DNA of 47,185 nucleotides from Promethearchaeota archaeon Loki_b31. Lineage in GTDB: Archaea; Asgardarchaeota; Lokiarchaeia; Sigyniarchaeales; SOKP01. The DNA lies in contig NJBI01000026.1 of NCBI GenBank assembly GCA_005222975.1, positions 1 to 47,185 of the forward strand, written 5' to 3'. Under the pieces are notes generated by a model. The model was given only the letters and a program-made list of their open reading frames with translations. It made no database searches and was not told the DNA's origin. Positions 8,656 through 18,433 of the stretch are shown here, one piece after another; position 1 is the first letter of the stretch, and each line of letters starts with the position of its first letter. Made by a program: the position numbers and the translations under genes.

Positions 8656-10665
8656 TCACAAATTTAACGTTTTAAAGAAAGACGGCAACGAATAGATTAT
8701 TTCACACTCATTTTTGGATACAACTTCAATGATAGCCCGGATTAAATAAGTGTCCCTCAATTCTTCGCTAGGTTTATATATCTTCACTTTAGATGTCGGT
8801 TTAAATTTTAACGTGTAATTTTCAGCTATACCAATCACAGTATCATCAGTTTTTACGACGATGCCAAATAATCCTAGCTCGTAGTGGGATACTATAAAAA
8901 GATATCGGCCTACTCCCCCTCCTTTCTTATTCTCTAATTTTTCAAAATGTACGACTTCCAAATAATCTTCTTGTAGTTCTTTAGGAAGTTTAATGTAAGG
9001 AATTATTTTTTTCTTCCCTGAGATGTAAGGAAATGGAGTGTAAAACAATATATTAAAACTGGAAATTTTTTTGATTTGCTCATTATATTTCTCTACATCT
9101 TTAACCGAATACGCTTTATCAAGTAATATATCTAATCGATCTATCATAATATCTTCGGTGGAATACCCGTTGAGAACAGTGGCAATATACGCTCGTTTTA
9201 ATTTTTCTATTAGTATATCGCTTCTAATTTTTAGTTTATAATCAATACTAACCTCTAATGCCTCGTTGTAAAGATTTGCTGCCAGTTGAGAATGCCCTAA
9301 AGCTAAAAAGTAATCTCCAAGCTCACTAAAAACAATAATTGCATCTAAGAAGTTTTCCTCCATATTAATACCAGAAACCTCTTCCATAATAGCCATTGCT
9401 GTCGCGACATCTTCACCTTGAATATAGAGTGCTATAGATTTCCCAATCGCACACTTTAGCTTGATTTTTTCGTCGCTATAAATTTCTGCGAGCTCCTCCG
9501 TAAAGTTATATGCCATTATTGCGTTTTTATAGAGACCATGAAACAATAGAATTAATGCTTTTACATAATTTAATGTCAAGCAAGTTTGATGATTATGGAT
9601 TATCGTTGCAAATAATGCTGCTCTTTCTAAGGAATCAATAGCCGTATTTACTCTTCCCAAAGAAACTAGAAGAAATGCTCTTAGAAATTCCATCTTTGAA
9701 ATTTCACTACAGATTAACTTTTCAACAATTTCGTAATCCTTTAAATTAGTCAATTGACCGGAAGCAATTTGTAATAATGAAATTAAGAAACCGTTGCCTT
9801 TCTTTAAAAATTTTACAGCGTCTTTCGAATCATGCTTCACGATGGCTTTTCTTGCTTGCTTAACATATTCGCGAGATATTTTTAAATTTTCAAGAAAATT
9901 AATTATGCCAGATATAAGTTTTTCTTCACTATTAGCTAGCTTCTGGTTTTCAATATATTTCTCGCAGATAGTGATTTCTTTTTCATATTTATTCGCTCCT
10001 ATCTCAAATTTAACAGGTCTCTTTTGACTATCAATATAATATGCGTCTCGGGTAACTATAGAGTCTTGTGTTACGCTGATCGCCTTTTCAATTAACCATG
10101 TTATTTTTTCCTCAGCAGGATAAATTTTAGAGCGCTCAATCATATATGAAAGAGTATAATTCAATGATTTTTTCCAAATATTTTTGAAATAATACCGCAA
10201 CTGCCTATTTGGGATTGTTCTGTGTATCTTTAATAAAAAACTTGAAAGAGATAAAATATTGATCTTCCCGCGAAAAAATAAATTTGCGTTTTTTACGAGT
10301 TTAAAGTCGTCAGAAACTAAGCTAATAGAAATTTCATCATTAAGATCTAATAATTTCTGCGACAAGGATAACAAAGACAAATCTGGGTCTTGAGCAGGAA
10401 AACGAATACCTTGTTTACTTAAGTCGTTTTTTATATTTTCAATTTCCAAATTCTCAATTTCTTCTACATTTATGAATTCTTGAAATTTGTCCTTGAAAGT
10501 GCGAGATGATTTAATTTCGTTAAAAACAATTAAGCTAATGTAATATTCAAAATCCAAATCTGAAGCCACACGCCTTAGATTTTCAAGAATATTTTTGGCT
10601 CTGATAGAATTCATGCAGATAAAGAAATTAGCATCGAACACTATTATTTCGTTTTTCTTAGTCAT
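8656..10665 (-). CDS. PIN-domain ribonuclease-like N-terminus fused to TPR-like repeats
   Basis: PIN motifs IIVFDANFF, VFNE, QDPDLSLL, LVSDDFKL; TPR-like helices such as FSELGDYFLALGHSQLAANLYNEALEVS. Confidence 0.7.
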   Translation of the reverse strand: MTKKNEIIVFDANFFICMNSIRAKNILENLRRVASDLDFEYYISLIVFNEIKSSRTFKDKFQEFINVEEIENLEIENIKNDLSKQGIRFPAQDPDLSLLSLSQKLLDLNDEISISLVSDDFKLVKNANLFFRGKINILSLSSFLLKIHRTIPNRQLRYYFKNIWKKSLNYTLSYMIERSKIYPAEEKITWLIEKAISVTQDSIVTRDAYYIDSQKRPVKFEIGANKYEKEITICEKYIENQKLANSEEKLISGIINFLENLKISREYVKQARKAIVKHDSKDAVKFLKKGNGFLISLLQIASGQLTNLKDYEIVEKLICSEISKMEFLRAFLLVSLGRVNTAIDSLERAALFATIIHNHQTCLTLNYVKALILLFHGLYKNAIMAYNFTEELAEIYSDEKIKLKCAIGKSIALYIQGEDVATAMAIMEEVSGINMEENFLDAIIVFSELGDYFLALGHSQLAANLYNEALEVSIDYKLKIRSDILIEKLKRAYIATVLNGYSTEDIMIDRLDILLDKAYSVKDVEKYNEQIKKISSFNILFYTPFPYISGKKKIIPYIKLPKELQEDYLEVVHFEKLENKKGGGVGRYLFIVSHYELGLFGIVVKTDDTVIGIAENYTLKFKPTSKVKIYKPSEELRDTYLIRAIIEVVSKNECEIIYSLPSFFKTLNL

Positions 10666-10781
10666 AATTGCATAAAACTTCTTCTTCAGTCATAAAGTAA
10701 TGTTAATTCTTTTAACATTAACATAATTTAATTATATTAAATCTTGAGTATTTTTATATATTTAAGAATCTGTGATTTTGA

Positions 10782-11285
10782 ATGATAATTATTAGCGTTA
10801 TTGGGTATTCTGGAAGTGGAAAAACACATTTCATACAAAAGGCGATAAGGAGATTAAAGACCGAACTAAATTTTGAAGTAGCGGTAATAAAAAATATTCA
10901 TCAGCATCAAATCGACGAAGAAGGAAAAGATTCATATATATTTACTGAAGCTGGAGCAGTTTATTCGATAATAAAAAACAAATTTAACGAAAATGCGATA
11001 TTTTTTAAAAAGAAAATCAATAGTGAAGAACTAATAAAATGGATTATAAAAGGTCCATTTAAAGTTGAAATAATCTTTACCGAAGGATTCAGGAATTTGT
11101 CTTTTCCAACGATTTTATGCGTAAAAGAAATAAGCGAGATAAAACCCCAGTTAAACGAAAATGTTAAAGCAATCTCTGGTCTAATTACAACAAGCAAACT
11201 TAGTCAAAAAAGTGAAATTAAATTGCCAATTGTTGATGCAGAAGAAAACTTCAAGAGCTTTTTAAAAATATTTGAAATTAAATAA
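10782..11285 (+). CDS. mobB: Molybdopterin-guanine dinucleotide biosynthesis protein B
   Basis: IISVIGYSGSGKT, VAVIK..H, D.EGKDS..F..AGA, EGF motifs. Confidence 0.9.
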   Translation: MIIISVIGYSGSGKTHFIQKAIRRLKTELNFEVAVIKNIHQHQIDEEGKDSYIFTEAGAVYSIIKNKFNENAIFFKKKINSEELIKWIIKGPFKVEIIFTEGFRNLSFPTILCVKEISEIKPQLNENVKAISGLITTSKLSQKSEIKLPIVDAEENFKSFLKIFEIK

Positions 11286-11307
11286 TTAAATTTAAGTTAT
11301 TAACTTT

Positions 11308-13230
11308 TTACTTGGATTTTTCCCAAAATATTGCGAGTTGCTGGCATACAAATTCAATATCTTGAATTATTTCATCATCTTTGTTACCTTTAACAAAAAA
11401 TTCTTTTAATTTTCCGCAAATCTCAGTTTTATTAGTAAGATCTTTTATTGAGTTGCGAATTGTTAAAATGAATTTGTTTAATGAAATAATAATTTCTTTG
11501 ATTAACCACTCTTCGAAAATGATTTGATCTGAGGATGATTGAAAGTTATATGTAACAACAAACCTAACTATGTCTTCATACTTATAAAAGAATTTTTCCG
11601 GGATGACTACTTTATAATCTTCTAAATCCTTTAATAGAGCATCCTTATTCATGCTAATAATGTAGTCTGGCCAAACGTCATCTGATACATTTAAATCGCT
11701 AAAAATAAATAATTCTAATACTCTCAAAGCAATGTTTCTACCAATATATCTGCTTCTCGGGTCTATAAAATTTTTGGATGCTTGACCAGGAATTTTTCTA
11801 ATAAAGATTTTATCAATTAAAGTGTAGAGCATACGACATATGTGGTCAACAACTATTTTAAAAGTTAAAGGCTCGTTATTTGGGTTTTCAGATAAAACCT
11901 TGTTTTCTCGGGCGATTAAACGAGTAATACTTATATTCAAGCTGCGCAAAAATGTTCTTAAAAAGTCGTAATTAATCTGTGAAATATTTTTATTAAATAT
12001 TTTTTCAAAAAATACATTTGGATATTCTACATTTGTTAAAACTGAAAAAATGTCCATAAAATCTTGGATCTCTTTAATATTTTTAGCACTAATTACATCA
12101 TCCAATGTCTTATTAAGTTTATTTAATCTGTTCCTAAACTCTCCTGGTAAAAATAATAAATCGCTTACTTCCAAAGCTTCTAAACTTCCACTACCAAAGT
12201 AATATTTCATATACAATAGAAATAAATTAAACTGAGACTTTTGAGATGGCAAATTATTAGCTTGAAATGTCGCATATAGCGTCGATTTCTTGTCAATGTA
12301 ATCGAAAAGTCTAATTAAAGAGTTCTTTTTCTCATTTGTGTAGTCAAAATTCTGTAGGAACTCTTTTTTTATTATATCTAGTTTAGGAAAAATTGAGTCT
12401 TCTACTCTTGAATTTACGAAATTTAGGAAATCCAATAAAGGCGAAAAGTTCTGAAGCAGATTACACTTCTTATAGAAATAATATAATAAATCAACGAGTC
12501 TTTCTTTAGCAAAAGAGTATTCCTCTAAAGCAATTTGATATACCCTATCCCTACCTTTTAATAGTTTATCTGAATACGCTTCTGGAACATTTTTAAAGTA
12601 TTTCAGAAAGTAATAAAGGTACATATAATAATAATTATCAAATAATTCATCTTTGCTATTTTTAATAACAATCAAAAAATTTAGAGTATTGTTATTATCG
12701 CCGTTTTTTATAATAGCTGCGTCTAAAACGATATAAAATTTTTCTTGAGTTAGCTTTCTCAGAATTACTCCTAATATTGAAACCACTAAATATAAATAAC
12801 CGAACGGAGAGGTAATCCCATCTGAAGTGTCTTTAAAACTTTCAGCAAATTCGTTAAAAGATCCCATCTCTTCGGGGGATAAGTAATAAGAATACTCTAA
12901 AAATAAGTGGTTGTCAGAAATCTTCTCCTTAGCAATTAATTTTAAGGAATTTGTATCAAATCCGCAGAAGTTTTGTAAATAAAATTTTAAGTAGATGTGG
13001 AAATATTGAAAAAAAAAAGTACTATAAGTTTTTTGAATTATTCTTTCTTGATTTTTTAATTTGAACTGTTCCCATTCTTTTCTAATCCCTTCTTTAAAAT
13101 CACTAAGCAAAGCTCCTTTACTTTTTAAAATATCAAAAAAGACATGGGAATTCATCTTAATAGTTAATTCTTTCCCTTTCGCTTTTTCTCCTATGGATTT
13201 CAGAATGGTACTTAATTCTTTATTCGTAAT
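11308..13230 (-). CDS. Hypothetical protein (615 aa from ATG 13155; 640 aa from proposed ATT start at 13230)
   Basis: Long ORF with an open upstream extension TNKELSTILKSIGEKAKGKELTIK bounded by an in-frame TAA. Confidence 0.75.
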   Translation of the reverse strand: MTNKELSTILKSIGEKAKGKELTIKMNSHVFFDILKSKGALLSDFKEGIRKEWEQFKLKNQERIIQKTYSTFFFQYFHIYLKFYLQNFCGFDTNSLKLIAKEKISDNHLFLEYSYYLSPEEMGSFNEFAESFKDTSDGITSPFGYLYLVVSILGVILRKLTQEKFYIVLDAAIIKNGDNNNTLNFLIVIKNSKDELFDNYYYMYLYYFLKYFKNVPEAYSDKLLKGRDRVYQIALEEYSFAKERLVDLLYYFYKKCNLLQNFSPLLDFLNFVNSRVEDSIFPKLDIIKKEFLQNFDYTNEKKNSLIRLFDYIDKKSTLYATFQANNLPSQKSQFNLFLLYMKYYFGSGSLEALEVSDLLFLPGEFRNRLNKLNKTLDDVISAKNIKEIQDFMDIFSVLTNVEYPNVFFEKIFNKNISQINYDFLRTFLRSLNISITRLIARENKVLSENPNNEPLTFKIVVDHICRMLYTLIDKIFIRKIPGQASKNFIDPRSRYIGRNIALRVLELFIFSDLNVSDDVWPDYIISMNKDALLKDLEDYKVVIPEKFFYKYEDIVRFVVTYNFQSSSDQIIFEEWLIKEIIISLNKFILTIRNSIKDLTNKTEICGKLKEFFVKGNKDDEIIQDIEFVCQQLAIFWEKSK

Positions 13231-13391
13231 TCTTTAACCACTTTAAATCAAATATTAATTTAATAATATAATCAAATGTATTTAGTAAACAACCCTTAAA
13301 TATAATATTATAATGAAAATTCAAAAATAAAAATCTTAGCTAATCGAATAATAACGAATTTATTTTCAAAATAAAATTTTTTTTAAAAAAA

Positions 13392-14432
13392 TTAATTAAA
13401 CAATTTTGTGATTTCGTCTGTTTCTGTATAAGACATTGGCGTCTTTTTATTGTTGTCATCTATTACTAAATATTTTTCTTTTTTCGAAGTAAATTGACCA
13501 ATCAATTCAGAATCGATGCCGTTTTTCGTCATTAAGTCAATTAAATCTGCAGCAAATTCTTCTTCAATTGAAATTAAAAGAGAACCGGAAGAAATCGTAT
13601 TATACGGATTTAAATCAAAAACTTTACTTAACTCCGTTGGTTCTGGTAAAACATTTATTTTGGTTTTTTCGATTAAAACCCCTAAATTCGAGGCAATTGC
13701 CATTTCCGCGATGCCACAAAATAGACCCCCTTCAGTAGGGTCGTGCATAGAATTAATTTTAAAATTATCGTTAGATAATAAGGCTTCTTTGAAGACGCTG
13801 ATGCCAGGATTAAATAGGTAATCTTTACATTTTTCAATAAATTCGACGCTGTACCCTTTATCCTTTAATATATTCTCTTTTTCTCGTGCTATAATGGATG
13901 TGCCTTCGATAAAAATCCCCTTGGTTAGTATTATTGAGTCTCCTGCTTTTGCTCCAGATGTCAAAACCAATTTATCCTTCTCAACTTCGCCAAGGAGAGA
14001 ACCAACAATAATTGGTCTGGTAAGGTCTGAAGTAATTTCAGTGTGACCGCCTATTACAGAAATCCCTAAAGATTTGCATGTATCATGTATGTTTTTGAAA
14101 ATGTTTTCAATTAAATCTTCATCTGTAAGTTTCTGAGGTAGTAGAATTGTTGATTGAAACCACTTAGGAGTAGCTCCTGTGCACACAACATCGTTTACAT
14201 TGACATTTACGGCGTAGTATCCTATAGCGTCTGTAGCAAAAGTAATTGGGTCGGTTTTAGCAACTAAGTAATTATCGCCCATATCAATCACAGCCGCATC
14301 CTCTCCAATGCTAGAGCCCATAATAACTCTATCATCTTCTAAATGAGTGTTAGAAATAAATTTCTTTAACATCTTTAAGAGAAACTTATGTTTAAGCTTA
14401 CCAATTGGAAATTTATTTTGATTCTCTCTCAT
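13392..14432 (-). CDS. AIR synthase-related (PurM/HypE/ThiL superfamily) protein
   Basis: GEDAAV, KTDPITF, NVND...GATP, GGHTE, MHDPTEGGL and SSGSLLI motifs. Confidence 0.85.
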   Translation of the reverse strand: MRENQNKFPIGKLKHKFLLKMLKKFISNTHLEDDRVIMGSSIGEDAAVIDMGDNYLVAKTDPITFATDAIGYYAVNVNVNDVVCTGATPKWFQSTILLPQKLTDEDLIENIFKNIHDTCKSLGISVIGGHTEITSDLTRPIIVGSLLGEVEKDKLVLTSGAKAGDSIILTKGIFIEGTSIIAREKENILKDKGYSVEFIEKCKDYLFNPGISVFKEALLSNDNFKINSMHDPTEGGLFCGIAEMAIASNLGVLIEKTKINVLPEPTELSKVFDLNPYNTISSGSLLISIEEEFAADLIDLMTKNGIDSELIGQFTSKKEKYLVIDDNNKKTPMSYTETDEITKLFN

Positions 14433-14460
14433 GACCTTGTCTTTATAAGAATTAACATTT

Positions 14461-14526
14461 TATTGAAATTTATTGAAATTTATTTTTTATTTTTTATGTT
14501 TTAAGTTAAATATGTTTTAAGTTAAA
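14461..14526. repeat. Two short perfect tandem duplications (10 bp x2 and 16 bp x2) in a divergent intergenic region
   Basis: TATTGAAATT x2 at 14461-14480; TATGTTTTAAGTTAAA x2 at 14495-14526. Confidence 0.85.
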
Positions 14527-14615
14527 TAAATTTAAATAGCTATTACAATCTATTTTATACATAAGAGAAGTAAATTAAATAAGATATATAATTTCAAAAA
14601 AAGAGTCTGACAAAT

Positions 14616-15134
14616 ATGGGATTAGGTAAAGCTCTAGGATTTAGTCTTTTGGGATTTATAGGGCTAAATTTTCTGTTTGTAATAATAGCTGAAACTATTA
14701 GCGGTAATTTAAACCTTCTTTTTAGCGATATTAGTAGCAATCCATTAATCATATTGCTGATTTTTTTCGGACCTATGGTTAGTATGCCGGGGTCTGTTTT
14801 TAGTTCAATTTTTGCTCAAATTTCCTCGGGAATGATTGATTCTATGCTAATTCAATATATTGGATTCATTATTTCTCCCTTTGTTGCATCATTAATCGCA
14901 GGACGAACCGGAGAGAATAAAGGGGGTAGTTTTGGTGGGTGGATGATTACAACTATGATAAGTGCTGTAGCTTTGGGGATATTAGCCTTCATACATACAG
15001 CAACCTTATCGTATTATGGTATCCCTTTAGCAGATCCAAGCTTAATGTTAATCACCTTTTTGATGAGCGGAGCTGTAAACGGCGTATTCTACGGTTGCTT
15101 CAGTTTGCTATTTACTAAAGAAGAGATGTATTAG
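14616..15134 (+). CDS. Hypothetical integral membrane protein
   Basis: 172 aa with several Gly-rich hydrophobic segments. Confidence 0.75.
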   Translation: MGLGKALGFSLLGFIGLNFLFVIIAETISGNLNLLFSDISSNPLIILLIFFGPMVSMPGSVFSSIFAQISSGMIDSMLIQYIGFIISPFVASLIAGRTGENKGGSFGGWMITTMISAVALGILAFIHTATLSYYGIPLADPSLMLITFLMSGAVNGVFYGCFSLLFTKEEMY

Positions 15135-15235
15135 ATAAATTTTCTTTTTCTTTTTAATTTAAAATACTAAAACCTAAAGTTCGTATTTTTATTTAAAGAT
15201 TTTACAAAAAAATTAATAAATTTAATATTTCCTCT

Positions 15236-16255
15236 TTATCGTTTACTCTTTTTGCTTTTATGAGCTAAAATTGAATACATTCCAAATATTAAATTGAAGA
15301 ATACAAAAATAATAAATAACACTTGGGCTTGTAAGATTTGTACAGCTACTGGAACAATTATTGCCCCGATTCTTGAAATCTGTACATAAATCTTCATAGT
15401 TATTAGAAATAAGGCTATAGTATCAACTCGAAAAACCTTTAATTTGTCTTGAATAAATTCAATTTTATCATAGACTGTGCCTAGGATGTATGCAAATAAT
15501 GCAGCATCTATTACAAACGAAACGATAACATGAGTTGGGTCTCCCGTTGCTGTGCTAAAAAATATTCCATATAATAAATCAAAAAGGATATATAATGCAT
15601 AGAAGAAAGTAAACAGAAAAAATAAAGTAATATATGCTGATAATTTCTTTGTTATAATCAAGCGAATTAAGACAATTATCATTAAAACTACGTTTATCCA
15701 AAATAATGTTTGTAAAATCTGAATTACAACAAGTAATAATGGTAGAGAAGTATAACTGAAAAAAATTACTGTCAATCTAAAAAACCATAAGACTAAAAAA
15801 CTAAAAACTAAAAATTCAATTACTCGAGTCACTTTACGAGAGCTCTTAGATTTATACAAATAATCATCGACTTTAGTAGATGAATCCATACATAATTTGA
15901 AGGCAAAAAAAGCTGTAAAAAATATATTAACATTAAGAAGAATTAAAAAGAATAAAATAAATGTGGTAGAAAAAATTGAAGCAGAGAAAAATATACCTAA
16001 AGCTATCGCAACTATAAAAATGATTATGTAAAACCATTTATTTATTTTATCGAGATTTTTAAATAAGGAAATAAATAAGAAAATTAAATTAAATAATAAT
16101 AAACCTCCTCCGAACATGAATATAAACGATTTAATCGCTGGAATAAGCAGATAACTATTAAGTATTATCAAAATCCAAGTAATTGTAAATAGGCTTATAA
16201 TAAATACAAAAATTGGTTTTTTAAACAATCCTTTCAGTCCAGAAATAAGACCCAT
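15236..16255 (-). CDS. Hypothetical polytopic membrane protein
   Basis: 339 aa, about ten hydrophobic segments, basic C-terminal tail. Confidence 0.75.
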   Translation of the reverse strand: MGLISGLKGLFKKPIFVFIISLFTITWILIILNSYLLIPAIKSFIFMFGGGLLLFNLIFLFISLFKNLDKINKWFYIIIFIVAIALGIFFSASIFSTTFILFFLILLNVNIFFTAFFAFKLCMDSSTKVDDYLYKSKSSRKVTRVIEFLVFSFLVLWFFRLTVIFFSYTSLPLLLVVIQILQTLFWINVVLMIIVLIRLIITKKLSAYITLFFLFTFFYALYILFDLLYGIFFSTATGDPTHVIVSFVIDAALFAYILGTVYDKIEFIQDKLKVFRVDTIALFLITMKIYVQISRIGAIIVPVAVQILQAQVLFIIFVFFNLIFGMYSILAHKSKKSKR

Positions 16256-16562
16256 TGATTTTCCCTTTTATCAATTTGAGATAATAATTAGATAATCTAT
16301 TCAATTTATTTTAAATATTGCTTTTAGGATTATTTTAGGTTTTGGTTTCTCCTTATTAACCCCTTAACACATAATTCGCTCTAAATTTAATATGCGAAAA
16401 ACAATAGTATATACAAAATTGAGATTATAGCCTTAATATCTCTCAAAAACGTACAATTTTTTAAGCAATTATATTAGTTACCGACAAAATTAGAAACAAA
16501 GCTTTAATTTCAAAAAACTTGAGGTTTAGATATATAAATTAATAATAATAGTGTGATAAAAA

Positions 16563-16844
16563 TTGAGTTCAGGAAAAGCTAATATCAATTATTCTATGGA
16601 ATCTTTTGATTTTACTAAATCAAACAATATATCTAGTCTACCAGTTTTTGAAGAAAAAGACTTAATTCACTTAAAACAACAAGATATTGTCAACAAATTA
16701 AACAAATTTTACGGAAAAATCATAGATGTCCATTTTTTCTTGTTAAACAATAAAGAATTAACGAATAATCAAAAATTAGATTATTGTAGTATTGAAAGAC
16801 ATTTTATGAAACTATACTTAAAAGAAGTTATAAAAAAAGGTTAA
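16563..16844 (+). CDS. Small hypothetical protein
   Basis: 93-aa ORF with TTG start behind SD-like GTGTGA; fills an intergenic gap. Confidence 0.55.
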   Translation: MSSGKANINYSMESFDFTKSNNISSLPVFEEKDLIHLKQQDIVNKLNKFYGKIIDVHFFLLNNKELTNNQKLDYCSIERHFMKLYLKEVIKKG

Positions 16845-16852
16845 TGCCTTTT

Positions 16853-18304
16853 TTACTGTTCATTTGAAATGTTGTAATCGTGCGATTTTAAAAATTCAAT
16901 ATAATCGCAATAAAGCGATATACTTCTCGCGGCATCTCTTAACGAGAAAAAATATAGAACTCTCTCCTCGTGTAGAATTTTTTTGACTGAAGAAAATCGT
17001 TGCGCGAGTTCTGAAGAGTCTGCTATACTGGGCATACAAAAAACAAATGGTTTCGAAGTAGATTTCTGGATTTTTATCATATTTTTGAATATATGGCTAG
17101 ATATAAAATGCGGCCATAACGGAATCACTATAATATCGATGTTAGTATCTTCAATCACAATTTCTATACATTTTAAAAATATTTCTAAAACAAAACCTGA
17201 AGCTCCTAAATCAATTGGGTTCCTAACATTTACATTTTCGTAGGGTAATACCTCACTAATTTTCTTTTGTGATTCCAAGGTTAATTCTGGAATTTTTAAA
17301 TAATGTGAGCTAAATAAATCTGTTGTGTTTACACTAGAACCACCACCAGGTGTTATTATTCCTACATTTCTACCATCTGGTATATATTTTGGGAATAATA
17401 ATTCGAAAGTTTTCATTGCGTTCCAAAATTCCTCGTTGTCTTTAACGATTATCGCCCCCGTTTGCTTAGCCATTGATCGCCATAATTTTAAATCGCTTAC
17501 AATGGCGCCCGTGTGCGAAAAAGCCGCTCGAGAGCCATCTTTCGTGTAACCACCTTTCCAGATAATAACAGGTTTAATTTTTCCTGTTTTTTTAAGCTCT
17601 AAAAAGAAATCATAACCCGTTGCTGAACCAAACGATTCTAGATAAGCTGAAATTACATGGGTGGTCGAATCACTACGGAAATGTTTCAAAAAATCAACAC
17701 AGTTCAGATCTAATTGGTTTCCAAACGATACTCCATACCTGAACCTGAGATCGCGCTTATAACCTACATCTAATAATTGGCTCATGTGTCCTCCTGATTG
17801 AGACATAAACGAAATAGAACCAGGAGTATTATTTTTAGCGCTAAATGTAAACGACATTCCTTCAGTGGCGTTATATGGGCCTAAACAATTTGGACCTATT
17901 ATTCTTGTGTTTGTACCTTTGATTATTTGTTTTAATTCTTGCTCTAATTTTAATCCAGATGAGTCTCCCGTTTCAGAAAATCCGGAAGCAAATATTACGA
18001 CCCAAGGGATTTCTTTCTGTACGCACTCTTTTAGAACAGCAGGAATATATTTTGTTTTCACTGAGATATAAGTTGTATCTACAGGAAAAGGAATATCAAG
18101 TACTGAAGAATAACACTTCCAACCAAGCACTTTTTCGTACTTTGGATTAACCGGGTAAAATGTTTCTGCCCATTTTGAATTTTTAAAGGCGGGTAAGTAA
18201 AGCATCGCACCAAATCTCGATTTTTCGCTCGCTCCTATAAACGCAATGTGTTGCGGGTGAAATAAGGTGTCGAACTTATCAAAGTTAAAATCTTCGGGTG
18301 CCAT
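16853..18304 (-). CDS. NDP-forming acyl-CoA synthetase alpha-subunit-like protein (CoA-binding)
   Basis: IAFIGAS, YPVNP, SGFSE, RIIGPNCLG, SQSGG, SFGNQLD, phospho-His motif AAFSHTGA, NPIDL. Start moved to ATG 18304 (MAPEDF). Confidence 0.85.
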   Translation of the reverse strand: MAPEDFNFDKFDTLFHPQHIAFIGASEKSRFGAMLYLPAFKNSKWAETFYPVNPKYEKVLGWKCYSSVLDIPFPVDTTYISVKTKYIPAVLKECVQKEIPWVVIFASGFSETGDSSGLKLEQELKQIIKGTNTRIIGPNCLGPYNATEGMSFTFSAKNNTPGSISFMSQSGGHMSQLLDVGYKRDLRFRYGVSFGNQLDLNCVDFLKHFRSDSTTHVISAYLESFGSATGYDFFLELKKTGKIKPVIIWKGGYTKDGSRAAFSHTGAIVSDLKLWRSMAKQTGAIIVKDNEEFWNAMKTFELLFPKYIPDGRNVGIITPGGGSSVNTTDLFSSHYLKIPELTLESQKKISEVLPYENVNVRNPIDLGASGFVLEIFLKCIEIVIEDTNIDIIVIPLWPHFISSHIFKNMIKIQKSTSKPFVFCMPSIADSSELAQRFSSVKKILHEERVLYFFSLRDAARSISLYCDYIEFLKSHDYNISNEQ

Positions 18305-18433
18305 TTGTATATGAAAAAATTTGAACTGTTTTATTTTTTTTGAAATTCGAAGATTAAAAGCTAATATGTACAAAATTGTTGCTTTTATTATGAAAATATA
18401 ATAGAAATAGAAAAAGAAAAAGTAGAAGTGTAC

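Noticed and set aside
18305-18373. Track start of the acyl-CoA synthetase at 18373
   Set aside because: The extra 23 codons look like AT-rich intergenic sequence; family similarity begins after ATG 18304.
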